Of a DNA stretch of 64,000 bases, positions 49,031 through 57,475 are shown piece by piece (the stretch's first letter is position 1; each line of letters begins with the position of its first letter). Source of the DNA: an uncultured virus (IMG/VR IMGVR_UViG_3300044998_001320) (lineage: Duplodnaviria > Heunggongvirae > Uroviricota > Caudoviricetes); IMG/VR virus record IMGVR_UViG_3300044998_001320; one strand, written 5' to 3'. The translations under genes and the position numbers were made by a program. The notes under the pieces are model-generated. The model made no database searches, was not told the origin of the DNA, and saw nothing but the letters and a program-made list of their open reading frames with translations.

Positions 49031-49501
49031 CTATCGCATCCTACTCGAGGCTGATCGCATCCGGGAAATCTCACAAGACTTCAACCTCCCGCCCTCAAAC
49101 CCCAGAAGCATTCGCAAGGAACTCTTGGGGGTAAGATGAGACGCCAGGGGAAGCGTGTTCAACTCCTGACGCACGACGGATAGGGCATGATCCAGTCGAG
49201 ACTGCTCGTCGTCGATTGTCTGACTTGAACGCTGACGAGGGCAATCCCCGCGATTGATATCTTCGCCCCAGCGGTAGTGAAATCTTCTGGTCTCAGAACG
49301 CTGCTGGATGCGAAATTCCGTGAAGGTCAGAAAAACCTCGATCTCAACCTCCGCCCCTGGTACTTGCGATTCTCGCAGTGACCACAAAAGGCTATTTTTG
49401 AGGACACAAATAAGCTGAATCTCAGCCCCCTCCAAGGGATGAGGAGACGGCTCATCAGGCTTGGGAATGAGTCGATAAATACCAGAGGGGAGGTTGGACA
49501 C
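49031..49501 (-). CDS. Hypothetical protein
   Basis: In-operon ORF. Confidence 0.5.
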   Translation of the reverse strand: MSNLPSGIYRLIPKPDEPSPHPLEGAEIQLICVLKNSLLWSLRESQVPGAEVEIEVFLTFTEFRIQQRSETRRFHYRWGEDINRGDCPRQRSSQTIDDEQSRLDHALSVVRQELNTLPLASHLTPKSSLRMLLGFEGGRLKSCEISRMRSASSRMR

Positions 49502-49513
49502 AACAATTAAAGG

Positions 49514-49745
49514 CTACTTGCGGGACTGTTTCTTCTGTTCTCTTGCTTGTCGCTCATAAAGATCGTTTAGCTTTTTGGTCATGTAAAGCACCGTAGAAAT
49601 AGGCAAATTCATGACCTCTTCAACAGAACTGAACGGGGCTTGCTCGCCTACCGAAAGATAAAAAGCCAAATCGATCCAATATTGACGATCTCGTTCTAAT
49701 TCTTTAGAGTTCGTCGCTATCTCGGAAAGCAGGGTTGTACCAAAA
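49514..49745 (-). CDS. Tail assembly chaperone post-frameshift (gpT-like) segment
   Basis: YWIDLAFYL...SVEEVMNLPIS...EREQKK-like tail; overlaps the upstream chaperone and has no convincing start of its own. Confidence 0.6.
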
Positions 49746-50765
49746 GTTGCCAACATCAATCCAAGGAACTGTGGCAGTCCACGAAAACTCTTCCCGACAA
49801 GGACACACCATTGGGATTTCCACCTTGGGGCCAATTTTGTCTAGTTTCTTAACTGCCCTTTCAAGGTAATTAAGATTAGCCGGGCTCTCAGTAAGGGCAT
49901 GCCAAAAACGCAGATTCCAGTGGCGTCCATTGCCCATAGATGACGACTCAGGAACATCAGCGATGTAGCTCAGAATCGACATAGCTATAGGGGACATCCG
50001 GTGCTCCGGATCTTTCTTGGCAGTTGAAACCTGAAGATCTAGAACCTTTTTTACCCCCCGCAAAGTAGGAGTGGGATGAAAGTGAAGATGAGTGATCCGC
50101 TCCTCCTGAGGGGTTCCCGCATACAGAGAAAAAGGAGTCGGCAACGTCACCTCGATTCGATGGGAAGCGGGCAAGTTTCCAACAAACCCAACATCCATGC
50201 CCGAGAAATCTAAGACGACATCAAAGTTTTTGGTGCAGCGTTGAGCGTTGCATTGCACCTGCATCACAAAATCAAAGGGCTTCAACTCGGTGATTTCGTG
50301 CTGCAACTCTCGCATCTTTTTCAGACGAATAGCAAAACACAAAAACACCAAATCTTTAATATAAAAAGCGTCGAATAGCCGCGAGAAACTATTACTGAAA
50401 AACTGCCCCGAAATCAACGACAAGGGACGGTCACCTACAGCATCAACTGCTTTGCTAAGGCAGCCGGGCAAGGCCGACAAAGCTCCATAGTTGCTGTTGC
50501 GATCTTTTAAGGCATCGGCGATCAAAGCATCGATGGCGGTCTTAGTAGCAGCGCTGATTGTTCCTAGCCCAAAGGAGCGAGCTGTTTCGTCGGGCAACTT
50601 CACCCCAACCGGGAGCAGATTCCCCGCTTCACATAAGGGGACAGTCTCAATATTCAGATCGGCGATTTTGATTGCTTCCAAAGGGGGTTCACTGGGGACA
50701 GGAAGCACTTGGGCGGAAGCCGCTTCGGAGGTAGGCACGAAACCAACGCCAGCGGAGTAGGTCAT
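49704..50765 (-). CDS. Tail assembly chaperone (myophage gp26/gpE-like)
   Basis: LLPVG, KDLVFL, CNAQRC and CPC motifs, VTLP; overlapping downstream ORF. Confidence 0.62.
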   Translation of the reverse strand: MTYSAGVGFVPTSEAASAQVLPVPSEPPLEAIKIADLNIETVPLCEAGNLLPVGVKLPDETARSFGLGTISAATKTAIDALIADALKDRNSNYGALSALPGCLSKAVDAVGDRPLSLISGQFFSNSFSRLFDAFYIKDLVFLCFAIRLKKMRELQHEITELKPFDFVMQVQCNAQRCTKNFDVVLDFSGMDVGFVGNLPASHRIEVTLPTPFSLYAGTPQEERITHLHFHPTPTLRGVKKVLDLQVSTAKKDPEHRMSPIAMSILSYIADVPESSSMGNGRHWNLRFWHALTESPANLNYLERAVKKLDKIGPKVEIPMVCPCREEFSWTATVPWIDVGNFWYNPAFRDSDEL

Positions 50766-50857
50766 AAGGACAAATCAATTGTGGGCAATGATCACTATCT
50801 TAGGCGAAAAAAACACACAACCCAATGCATAGATTCGATAATTATGCAAGACCCATG

Positions 50858-51256
50858 CTAGTTTAGGCGATCAGGTTCAATTGCCGTACCGGTCGTCTTT
50901 GTCAGCCGCCACTGATGGATCCAACCAACACCAAAGGACAGTTCCAGGATGATCGCGATCAAGTTGCCATCCTCGGAAAGCACGCTATCGGTTGGCACTC
51001 CCGACCGCCGTGCCTCAGGGTATAGGTAGCCTCGGAGCAATCGACAAGAATAGCTGAGATCGGCGGGAATAGCTAGCAATGGATCAGCTTCGCGACGCAC
51101 AGGCAGACATAGGGAGATCGGCTCTTGACTTTCCCGCACCGCCGACAAGTAGGCGGCAAGCTCTTCCCCCCGCTGGGCAGGCCAGGTGCGGGTTAACTCA
51201 ATCCGCCAGTAGTAGCCACGAGTCAGCACTCGGTGAGCGGAAGTCAGCCTTTCCAT
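50858..51256 (-). CDS. Putative head closure protein
   Basis: About 130 aa after the connector; LLRGYL...DSVL...WRL. Confidence 0.5.
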   Translation of the reverse strand: MERLTSAHRVLTRGYYWRIELTRTWPAQRGEELAAYLSAVRESQEPISLCLPVRREADPLLAIPADLSYSCRLLRGYLYPEARRSGVPTDSVLSEDGNLIAIILELSFGVGWIHQWRLTKTTGTAIEPDRLN

Positions 51257-51257
51257 C

Positions 51258-52145
51258 CTAGCAAACCACTGAAGACACGCGCCAGTTGGTGAGTGGGTAG
51301 AGGAGTCGGTCAAGCAGAGTGGGTCGAGGCTTGGTGTTCAAGGCGACTCCAGTAGGTACAGCGAAGGACTTGCGAAGCCCACCCGGCAATTCAACGGACT
51401 GCACGGGATAGTCTGACATGGAGAACCGCGACCAGTCGACTGAAGACAAGGTCGGGTCTAGGGATATGGACTCGATTAACAGGTCAATCAGGCAGTCGAC
51501 AATCGCACCAGGCAAAGGGTCAATACCTGCCGTATAGGTCACTTCGACAGACGCCTGTGCAAATCCTACACCGACAATACGCCCGCCCTGCCAAAATCCA
51601 GAGATTGAAGAGACGGGCAAGGGACGGGAAATCGCCCCTGGACTCCGTATTGCAAGAGACTCAATTCCTAACACCGGGGAGATGGGGAGACGAATCCGCC
51701 CAAACCGATCAGATTGGATGACCTCTTGGTAGGTCGTTACTGCCAACCGCCGTCCTAGCCACTGGTGCACCAGATCGCAGGCACGGTCAAGCGTTGTTGC
51801 TATGATGGCGGTCGACGGCGCAGTCTCTTCGGAGTAGAGACCTAGGGCGATCAATCGGGTACGGGCGATCACCGGGTCAAGGTAAGGGTTGCGGGCAGGG
51901 AAATACCGCCCATGAAAATCCAACAACCTGGACTCCCATTGGATCAGGGTCGTTGGATTGATCGGCACGGGCGCGGCAACGATTGACTCCAGCAGCGATC
52001 GCAGATCAGCCAATAACAGGTAGCGATCGCCCTCCCCTTCTAACCAGCGCCGCGCCGTTGATTGCAACACTGCACTGGACAAGGCTGGATCGGAGATCAA
52101 TGCCCTGACCTGATCAAGGCACTCCGTCACCGCAGATGCTGTCAC
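51258..52145 (-). CDS. Head-tail connector/adaptor
   Basis: ACDLVHQWLGRRL...IRLPISPVLGIES...VEVTYTAG...LPGAI. Confidence 0.8.
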   Translation of the reverse strand: MTASAVTECLDQVRALISDPALSSAVLQSTARRWLEGEGDRYLLLADLRSLLESIVAAPVPINPTTLIQWESRLLDFHGRYFPARNPYLDPVIARTRLIALGLYSEETAPSTAIIATTLDRACDLVHQWLGRRLAVTTYQEVIQSDRFGRIRLPISPVLGIESLAIRSPGAISRPLPVSSISGFWQGGRIVGVGFAQASVEVTYTAGIDPLPGAIVDCLIDLLIESISLDPTLSSVDWSRFSMSDYPVQSVELPGGLRKSFAVPTGVALNTKPRPTLLDRLLYPLTNWRVSSVVC

Positions 52146-52510
52146 GAGTCACTCGCCTTGCGCCGCCGGGGGCGCGGTTGCCGATCTGAGTCGCTCTCTG
52201 ACTCTGAGCTAGTCCCTGGATCCGAGTCAAGGGGTGGCACAGGAATCGGCGCCACACCTGGCGCGATCAACAGCTCTGGATCCTTGTCCTCTTCGGACTG
52301 GGTCGGGGTCGAGTCCGAGGTGATCGAGACAGAGGGCGGCGAGATCGGTTCATAGTCCTGGGCATACCCCTCGGATACTAGCCGATCTCGTTCAGTCGGG
52401 GTGACCAACAAGTAGTCGCTACGACATAATGGGCGCATCCCGGGGAGTCGCAACACGGGTTCATCCCACAAATCCAGAGGGGAGACCCTAACCAAATCAA
52501 GACTCCCCAT
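52142..52510 (-). CDS. Small head-associated hypothetical protein
   Basis: Position after capsid; low-complexity tail. Confidence 0.55.
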   Translation of the reverse strand: MGSLDLVRVSPLDLWDEPVLRLPGMRPLCRSDYLLVTPTERDRLVSEGYAQDYEPISPPSVSITSDSTPTQSEEDKDPELLIAPGVAPIPVPPLDSDPGTSSESESDSDRQPRPRRRKASDS

Positions 52511-52895
52511 CGTTGACGCCCTCCACAAATAATCGCAGGGACTGTAGGTGGCGACTAGTGAGCAGACCGCCAAGCCCATCCGCCGTTAAGGGGCGGGACT
52601 TGACAATCTTGGACGCAAGGGATTCAGAAATGCCTTTAACCGCTGCAATCTCCGACTGGTCGGACTTATTCAGAAAATCCAGAATTAAGTCCAACTGCTC
52701 AGGGCTGGCTTCGGCGGGCGATGCCTTCGGCGGCGAATCACCGTAGGGCACAGCATAGCCCGCCGCGATTGCCCAGTGAGCAATCGGATCCGGCAGATCC
52801 GCCAGCAAACTAGCCGGCCGCCGGATCAATCCTAAGACAGGATCCGTTTGGATTGGGGGTTGGGTACGCCATTTGTCCGTTTGACAGATCAGCAC
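52497..52895 (-). CDS. Helix-hairpin-helix domain protein
   Basis: LNKSDQSEIAAVKGISESLASKIVKSRP. Confidence 0.7.
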   Translation of the reverse strand: MLICQTDKWRTQPPIQTDPVLGLIRRPASLLADLPDPIAHWAIAAGYAVPYGDSPPKASPAEASPEQLDLILDFLNKSDQSEIAAVKGISESLASKIVKSRPLTADGLGGLLTSRHLQSLRLFVEGVNDGES

Positions 52896-52905
52896 AGGCT
52901 ACCTC

Positions 52906-54030
52906 CTAGAGGGCACTGAAACTCGTACCCGAAGGCACGGTAACGTTGAGCCGGTAGATGCCGGCTCCACCATGTTTGGCGAACAGCGTGCCATAGATGA
53001 GAGCCATCCGCGATTCGATCAGGATTCGGTCGCCTTGATTGACAGTCGTATCAAACAATTGTACCTCCAACCCGATCGCCGGATCCTCTGATCCGCCCAT
53101 TGGCATCACGCCATACCACTCAATTAGATTCATGTCAACAATGTAGTAGCGAACAGTGTCCGTGCCTGACCCGCCGCCTACGTCACGGATATAAGGTGAC
53201 TGGACGATCGGCACCGACCCGTTCATGATCGCGGGGATACTAACACCCGGAACCACGGAGCTAACATTTTGGAAAATGATCTGATTTTGCCATTCAGTTT
53301 GCAACAGGTAAGCTCCCGTTGCGCTGGTCAGGATATGGGTGGGCTTGATGCGAATATTTTCGTTGGCATCCTGGATTTGCAAGACCGCCCGATTTAGAGC
53401 GTTGGAAATCGGCGTACCCGAACCCAGGGTGGTAACGGTGACGGCGGGCAGGGTGTTGCCACTCGGCATCTGGGCCAGCAACCCATTAAACTCCAAGGGG
53501 TTGGCAGTGGCATTACCGCTGATCAGCAGCTTCTCTAGCACTCGATAGGTGTTTGTCACGACATCAACCGTGTCCTGAGCAAACTGATCGCCAAAGGGAT
53601 ATCCCTGCTGGCGAGCCAGAGATTCCTGTAAGTGACTACTCCTGACCTGCCCTCCTAAGGCCTTGATCTCCTGTCCCGGATCGCTCAAGTTGAGAGCTGT
53701 GTTAGTAGGAGCCGACGTAGAGACTGTTGACAAGTCATGCCCGTTTATCGCGCCGGCCGCAGGGAATGAATCCCGACGAGCCTGCTTGACGATTGGACTA
53801 TTGGCGGGCTTCTTGGTCAAGAGAGGCCACAGCACGGTTTCCCGGCGGCGAATATCGCCAATCTCGTCCAAAAACAAGAGATTGACGGTGCGGCCAGCCT
53901 GCCAATTGTAGGCAGAGGCGCGCACGTTTTCGAGGTAACTTTCGCCGACACTCACGGGCAAGACACCACCCGAGCCGGATGCGGCAACAGGGGTAGTGCT
54001 GGATTCAGGGGTGGGTAAATAAATCGCCAT
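52906..54030 (-). CDS. Major capsid protein
   Basis: 374 aa after the protease; EKLLISGN...EFNGL, KPTHIL, VPIVQSPYI. Confidence 0.88.
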   Translation of the reverse strand: MAIYLPTPESSTTPVAASGSGGVLPVSVGESYLENVRASAYNWQAGRTVNLLFLDEIGDIRRRETVLWPLLTKKPANSPIVKQARRDSFPAAGAINGHDLSTVSTSAPTNTALNLSDPGQEIKALGGQVRSSHLQESLARQQGYPFGDQFAQDTVDVVTNTYRVLEKLLISGNATANPLEFNGLLAQMPSGNTLPAVTVTTLGSGTPISNALNRAVLQIQDANENIRIKPTHILTSATGAYLLQTEWQNQIIFQNVSSVVPGVSIPAIMNGSVPIVQSPYIRDVGGGSGTDTVRYYIVDMNLIEWYGVMPMGGSEDPAIGLEVQLFDTTVNQGDRILIESRMALIYGTLFAKHGGAGIYRLNVTVPSGTSFSAL

Positions 54031-54051
54031 GGGTCTTGATTGAAGTGGGGT

Positions 54052-55890
54052 TTACTGGTACTGGCCAATCGCGGCGGCTGTCTGAAGATCGGCAATTTGC
54101 TGCTTAAGAGAAAACCGAGCAGCGAGGTTGTGGGGCGGCGTGCGCTCAAGTTGGGCAGTCAACACCGCTATGCGATCATCACTACTAGCAGCGACGGGGG
54201 TGGGAGTACCAGGCACTAGAGGGGACGTTGTGAGACGGCGAGGAGTGGCAGCAACCGGGCGGCCTGCGTTCAGCACAGACCGGATACGTTCGTCAAGGGT
54301 GGGACTGATCGCCTCGATCACTTTGCCGGCCATCGCCTCGATCGCCTCAGCTTCAGCTTTGGCTGCTTCGGCGGCGAGGCGCTCCGCTTCGGACTGGGCT
54401 TCGGCCTCGCGTTGCTTGGCTTCGACGGCCACAAGGCGATCATTCAAAGACTCGATCGGGGGCAACAACTTAGCAGCGATCGCCTCAACAATCGTGGACA
54501 GATCCGAGGCTTCAATCGGAGAGGACATAGGATCAGGTTTAGAAATAGTAGGGATAGTAGGGGTGTCCGATGTTTCCGGGGTTGCAGAGGCGACCAAAGG
54601 CACGTCCTCCGCAGCGGCCGCCACCGGCAGCGCCCGCCCGTTTTGATCAACCGCCGACAGTAGCCGGACGCGGGTTTTCTGGTAGGTGGCAGCGGATGCT
54701 CGAAGGATTGTGCCGCCCTTGAGTTTGAGGCGATCAACCACGGCTACGTCCCGTCCGCCTACCTTACCCCGATGCCAGGATACAGAGCCAATCATTGACA
54801 TACCCAGGTCACCCGCACGGGCGGCGGCACGGATCTCCGCAACCTTTTGGGGTAAGTGGTGTCCGTGCAGGAACCCACGAATCACCGCATCTTTCCCAAC
54901 CACAGCACCAGCGGTAATCGCGCCGACGATAGTGCCGCCATGGGACTCCAAAGACTCGTCGGCATCCAAAGGACAGCCTAAGACTCGTTTCATCGCAGCA
55001 GCAGCCACGTCGGAGGTGATCAGCATGGGCAGGCGTGGCCCCACCATTGGTGCGCATTCGGAAGGTTCGTCAACTCGAAATAGCACGCCCTCGATCGGCA
55101 CAGCATCATCGTCGTCGTCGACAGCTTCGAGATCGGCGGTGGTAGCGGCGGCCAGGGTTAAAGCCCAGACCGCTTCGTACTCCCCCGAGGACGCCTCCAC
55201 GGCGATCGCCTCAGACTCCATAGGATCCACCTCAATCTCGCTCTCGATAGCCAGCCCAGAGTTGTTGGTAGTTGGATGAGCGTCAAGGGACGAAAGAACC
55301 TTGCCTAGCTCATCAATCAGAAGACTCATCGCTTCCGCTGGCTCCGTCAAGTCGTGCAGCCTACGGAAGAAAAGGTCTAGGAAAAAACGAATCGCCGTAA
55401 CCAACCGGAATGAACGGACTTCACGGTCTACGCCCTCAATTAGTCCATCACAGGGACAGCCATAATCCGAGGCACGGTAATAGATATCCAGCCCCGACCA
55501 GGCACGATCTCTAGCGGAAGGCGGCGGCAAGTCAGCGATCGCCTCGCGCAAAGCGTTGAGAGTCGAGGCGATCGTATCCGCCGCGCTGTCATTGGGGTCG
55601 TTGGTTGCCAGGCGCTGATAGCACAAAGCAAGGGCGGTGTCAACTCGCGCCACCCACAACCGCAACTGGGTTTCAGCGGACAAGGAAAGCGCCGCAGCCT
55701 CGACTGGAGCGGGGTGATCAAAGGACGAGTAGTGAGACGATGCAGTCAAGGGCAAGTACCCAGACTCCATCAACACCTGGCGCAAAATTTGCTCCCCAGA
55801 AACCAGGGATTGGTGGGCCGTCTTGAGGCGATCAGCGTTGGCCCCTGAAATTGATCGCCCGGCTGCTTGCACGTCGTCAGTTGTTGTCAT
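54052..55890 (-). CDS. Prohead protease/scaffold protein
   Basis: SHGGTIVGAI...LGMS...GGTILRASAATY then a coiled-coil scaffold; upstream of capsid. Confidence 0.75.
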   Translation of the reverse strand: MTTTDDVQAAGRSISGANADRLKTAHQSLVSGEQILRQVLMESGYLPLTASSHYSSFDHPAPVEAAALSLSAETQLRLWVARVDTALALCYQRLATNDPNDSAADTIASTLNALREAIADLPPPSARDRAWSGLDIYYRASDYGCPCDGLIEGVDREVRSFRLVTAIRFFLDLFFRRLHDLTEPAEAMSLLIDELGKVLSSLDAHPTTNNSGLAIESEIEVDPMESEAIAVEASSGEYEAVWALTLAAATTADLEAVDDDDDAVPIEGVLFRVDEPSECAPMVGPRLPMLITSDVAAAAMKRVLGCPLDADESLESHGGTIVGAITAGAVVGKDAVIRGFLHGHHLPQKVAEIRAAARAGDLGMSMIGSVSWHRGKVGGRDVAVVDRLKLKGGTILRASAATYQKTRVRLLSAVDQNGRALPVAAAAEDVPLVASATPETSDTPTIPTISKPDPMSSPIEASDLSTIVEAIAAKLLPPIESLNDRLVAVEAKQREAEAQSEAERLAAEAAKAEAEAIEAMAGKVIEAISPTLDERIRSVLNAGRPVAATPRRLTTSPLVPGTPTPVAASSDDRIAVLTAQLERTPPHNLAARFSLKQQIADLQTAAAIGQYQ

Positions 55891-55908
55891 CCAAAATACC
55901 TGCAAATG

Positions 55909-55945
55909 CAAAACGGGGACGCACTCATAGCGTGCCCCCGTTTTG
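55909..55945 (-). terminator. Hairpin with T-tract downstream of the HU gene
   Basis: CAAAACGGGG...CCCCGTTTTG. Confidence 0.55.
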
Positions 55946-56020
55946 GGCTTTAAAAATTTTTGTTGGACTAAGCCGAATGTCTATAGCATAACTGCTACAG
56001 AAAATCAACGCAAGCTTCGT

Positions 56021-56335
56021 TCACCAATCCTCGTTAAAAAGCGGAGTCCCTGGGGGGAGCCGCAGGTATTGCCGCAGTTGACTCCCTGGACGAAAACGAA
56101 CAGTCCTGCTCTCCGGGATTTGAATTTTATCACCTGTGCGAAAATTCCGTCCCACGCGCGACGGAGAATAATGCAAATAAAATCGCCCAAAGCCTTGGAT
56201 TGATACCGGAATACCCCGAACCAGGCTATGGATCAAATAACACTGGAGGCAGTCCAAGACACGGGCAATATCTGACTGGGGAATATCTGTGTCGTAGTAA
56301 ATTGCCCTGATCAACGCCTGGCGATTCATAGGCAA
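56021..56335 (-). CDS. HU/IHF-family DNA-binding protein
   Basis: MNRQALI, VSIQGFGRF, RVGRNFRTGDKIQIP, VRFRPGSQLR. Confidence 0.9.
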   Translation of the reverse strand: MPMNRQALIRAIYYDTDIPQSDIARVLDCLQCYLIHSLVRGIPVSIQGFGRFYLHYSPSRVGRNFRTGDKIQIPESRTVRFRPGSQLRQYLRLPPGTPLFNEDW

Positions 56336-56685
56336 TCAGCTTACCTTTTAGCAATAAAAAACTTATCACAATCTTAGCATGATTACACTAAAATCAACAA
56401 GTCTTGCAACACAAAAAACGAAGCGATTATTTGAAGCTAAATCCTGGAATCAGGTTGTAGCATTTGGCACTTGAATACGCAAGGAGGCTAACCAACGAGG
56501 GGTCGCCTTGGGTGACCAGATGAACAGACAGATGACACGCTTAATCGCCCCAGCAGATCCATCAGTCCTGCCCACCCCCAGTCCCAACACACCGATTGAA
56601 TTGCACCGATGTTTATCAGCTCGCATTTACTTTTGCGAGTGATCCACCCTGCTCAAAGCAAGCCACAAGCAAAACCTAACGATAA

Positions 56686-57267
56686 CGAACATTTACTCGA
56701 CAATCGGTGAAACCCTTACGGCGCGGGCGGTTGCTGCACCAGAGCGAGACTAAATGTTCGCAATCTCGCATTTACTTCACGAGCGCAACGGCGACCGCTT
56801 GAAACCCGGGCTGGAGGTGGAACCGAGCAAATGGCAGAAGTAAATGTTCATCTCGCATTTACTTTATAGGTAACGCCTGAAACTCTTGCGGAACAAGGGT
56901 TTCACGACTAAATGTTCATCTCGCATTTAGTCCGAGTAAATGTCATTTTCAACATTTAGTCGGCGTCTTTTTGGCGGCTTGTCCTTGTTTGTATTTATTT
57001 ATTACGGGCCAAAAACGCGCGCGTGTGCGTGCATGCGCGCGAATATCACAACCAGAGCATGCTGTCAAGTGGTTGACGAGAAAAACTGCCGATCAAATCT
57101 CAACAACGGATCGACATGAGATGGGGTTTGGTAGTTAATGGCGCTCGCGCGTTTTGCGGCTGATTCCAGGGGCGTGAAGGCGGCTTGCTGGCAAGTCAGG
57201 TAGGTTGGGATGTTTAGCCCTAAAACAGGCGGCAAATTGGGGTGGTTTTTTGGGGGTGGCGATTAAG
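56686..57267. repeat. 582-bp non-coding direct repeat, copy 2
   Basis: 580/582 identical to 5948-6529, same orientation. Confidence 0.95.
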
Positions 57268-57475
57268 GGGTGGGGGTCAAGCGGCTAAGCGGGATTGATA
57301 TCCTTACCCGTCGTAAACCATCCAGAATATCCGTAGTTACACGGACGCAATTACTGTGCATCAGGGGCAAAAATAACCCCAAGAAAGCTAAATTCTGGGG
57401 TCATAATCAATGGGTTATTAATGTTTTTGTGGCAAAAACAGGCTAGATAAATTTATGCTAATCCGACTTATTTTG

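Noticed and set aside
56340..56680. tRNA or known ncRNA in the long intergenic gap
   Set aside because: No cloverleaf or recognisable family motif
5948..57267. Genome terminal repeats, att sites or an IS/MITE
   Set aside because: Essential tail genes continue outside both copies; no integrase, transposase, terminal inverted repeat or target duplication seen
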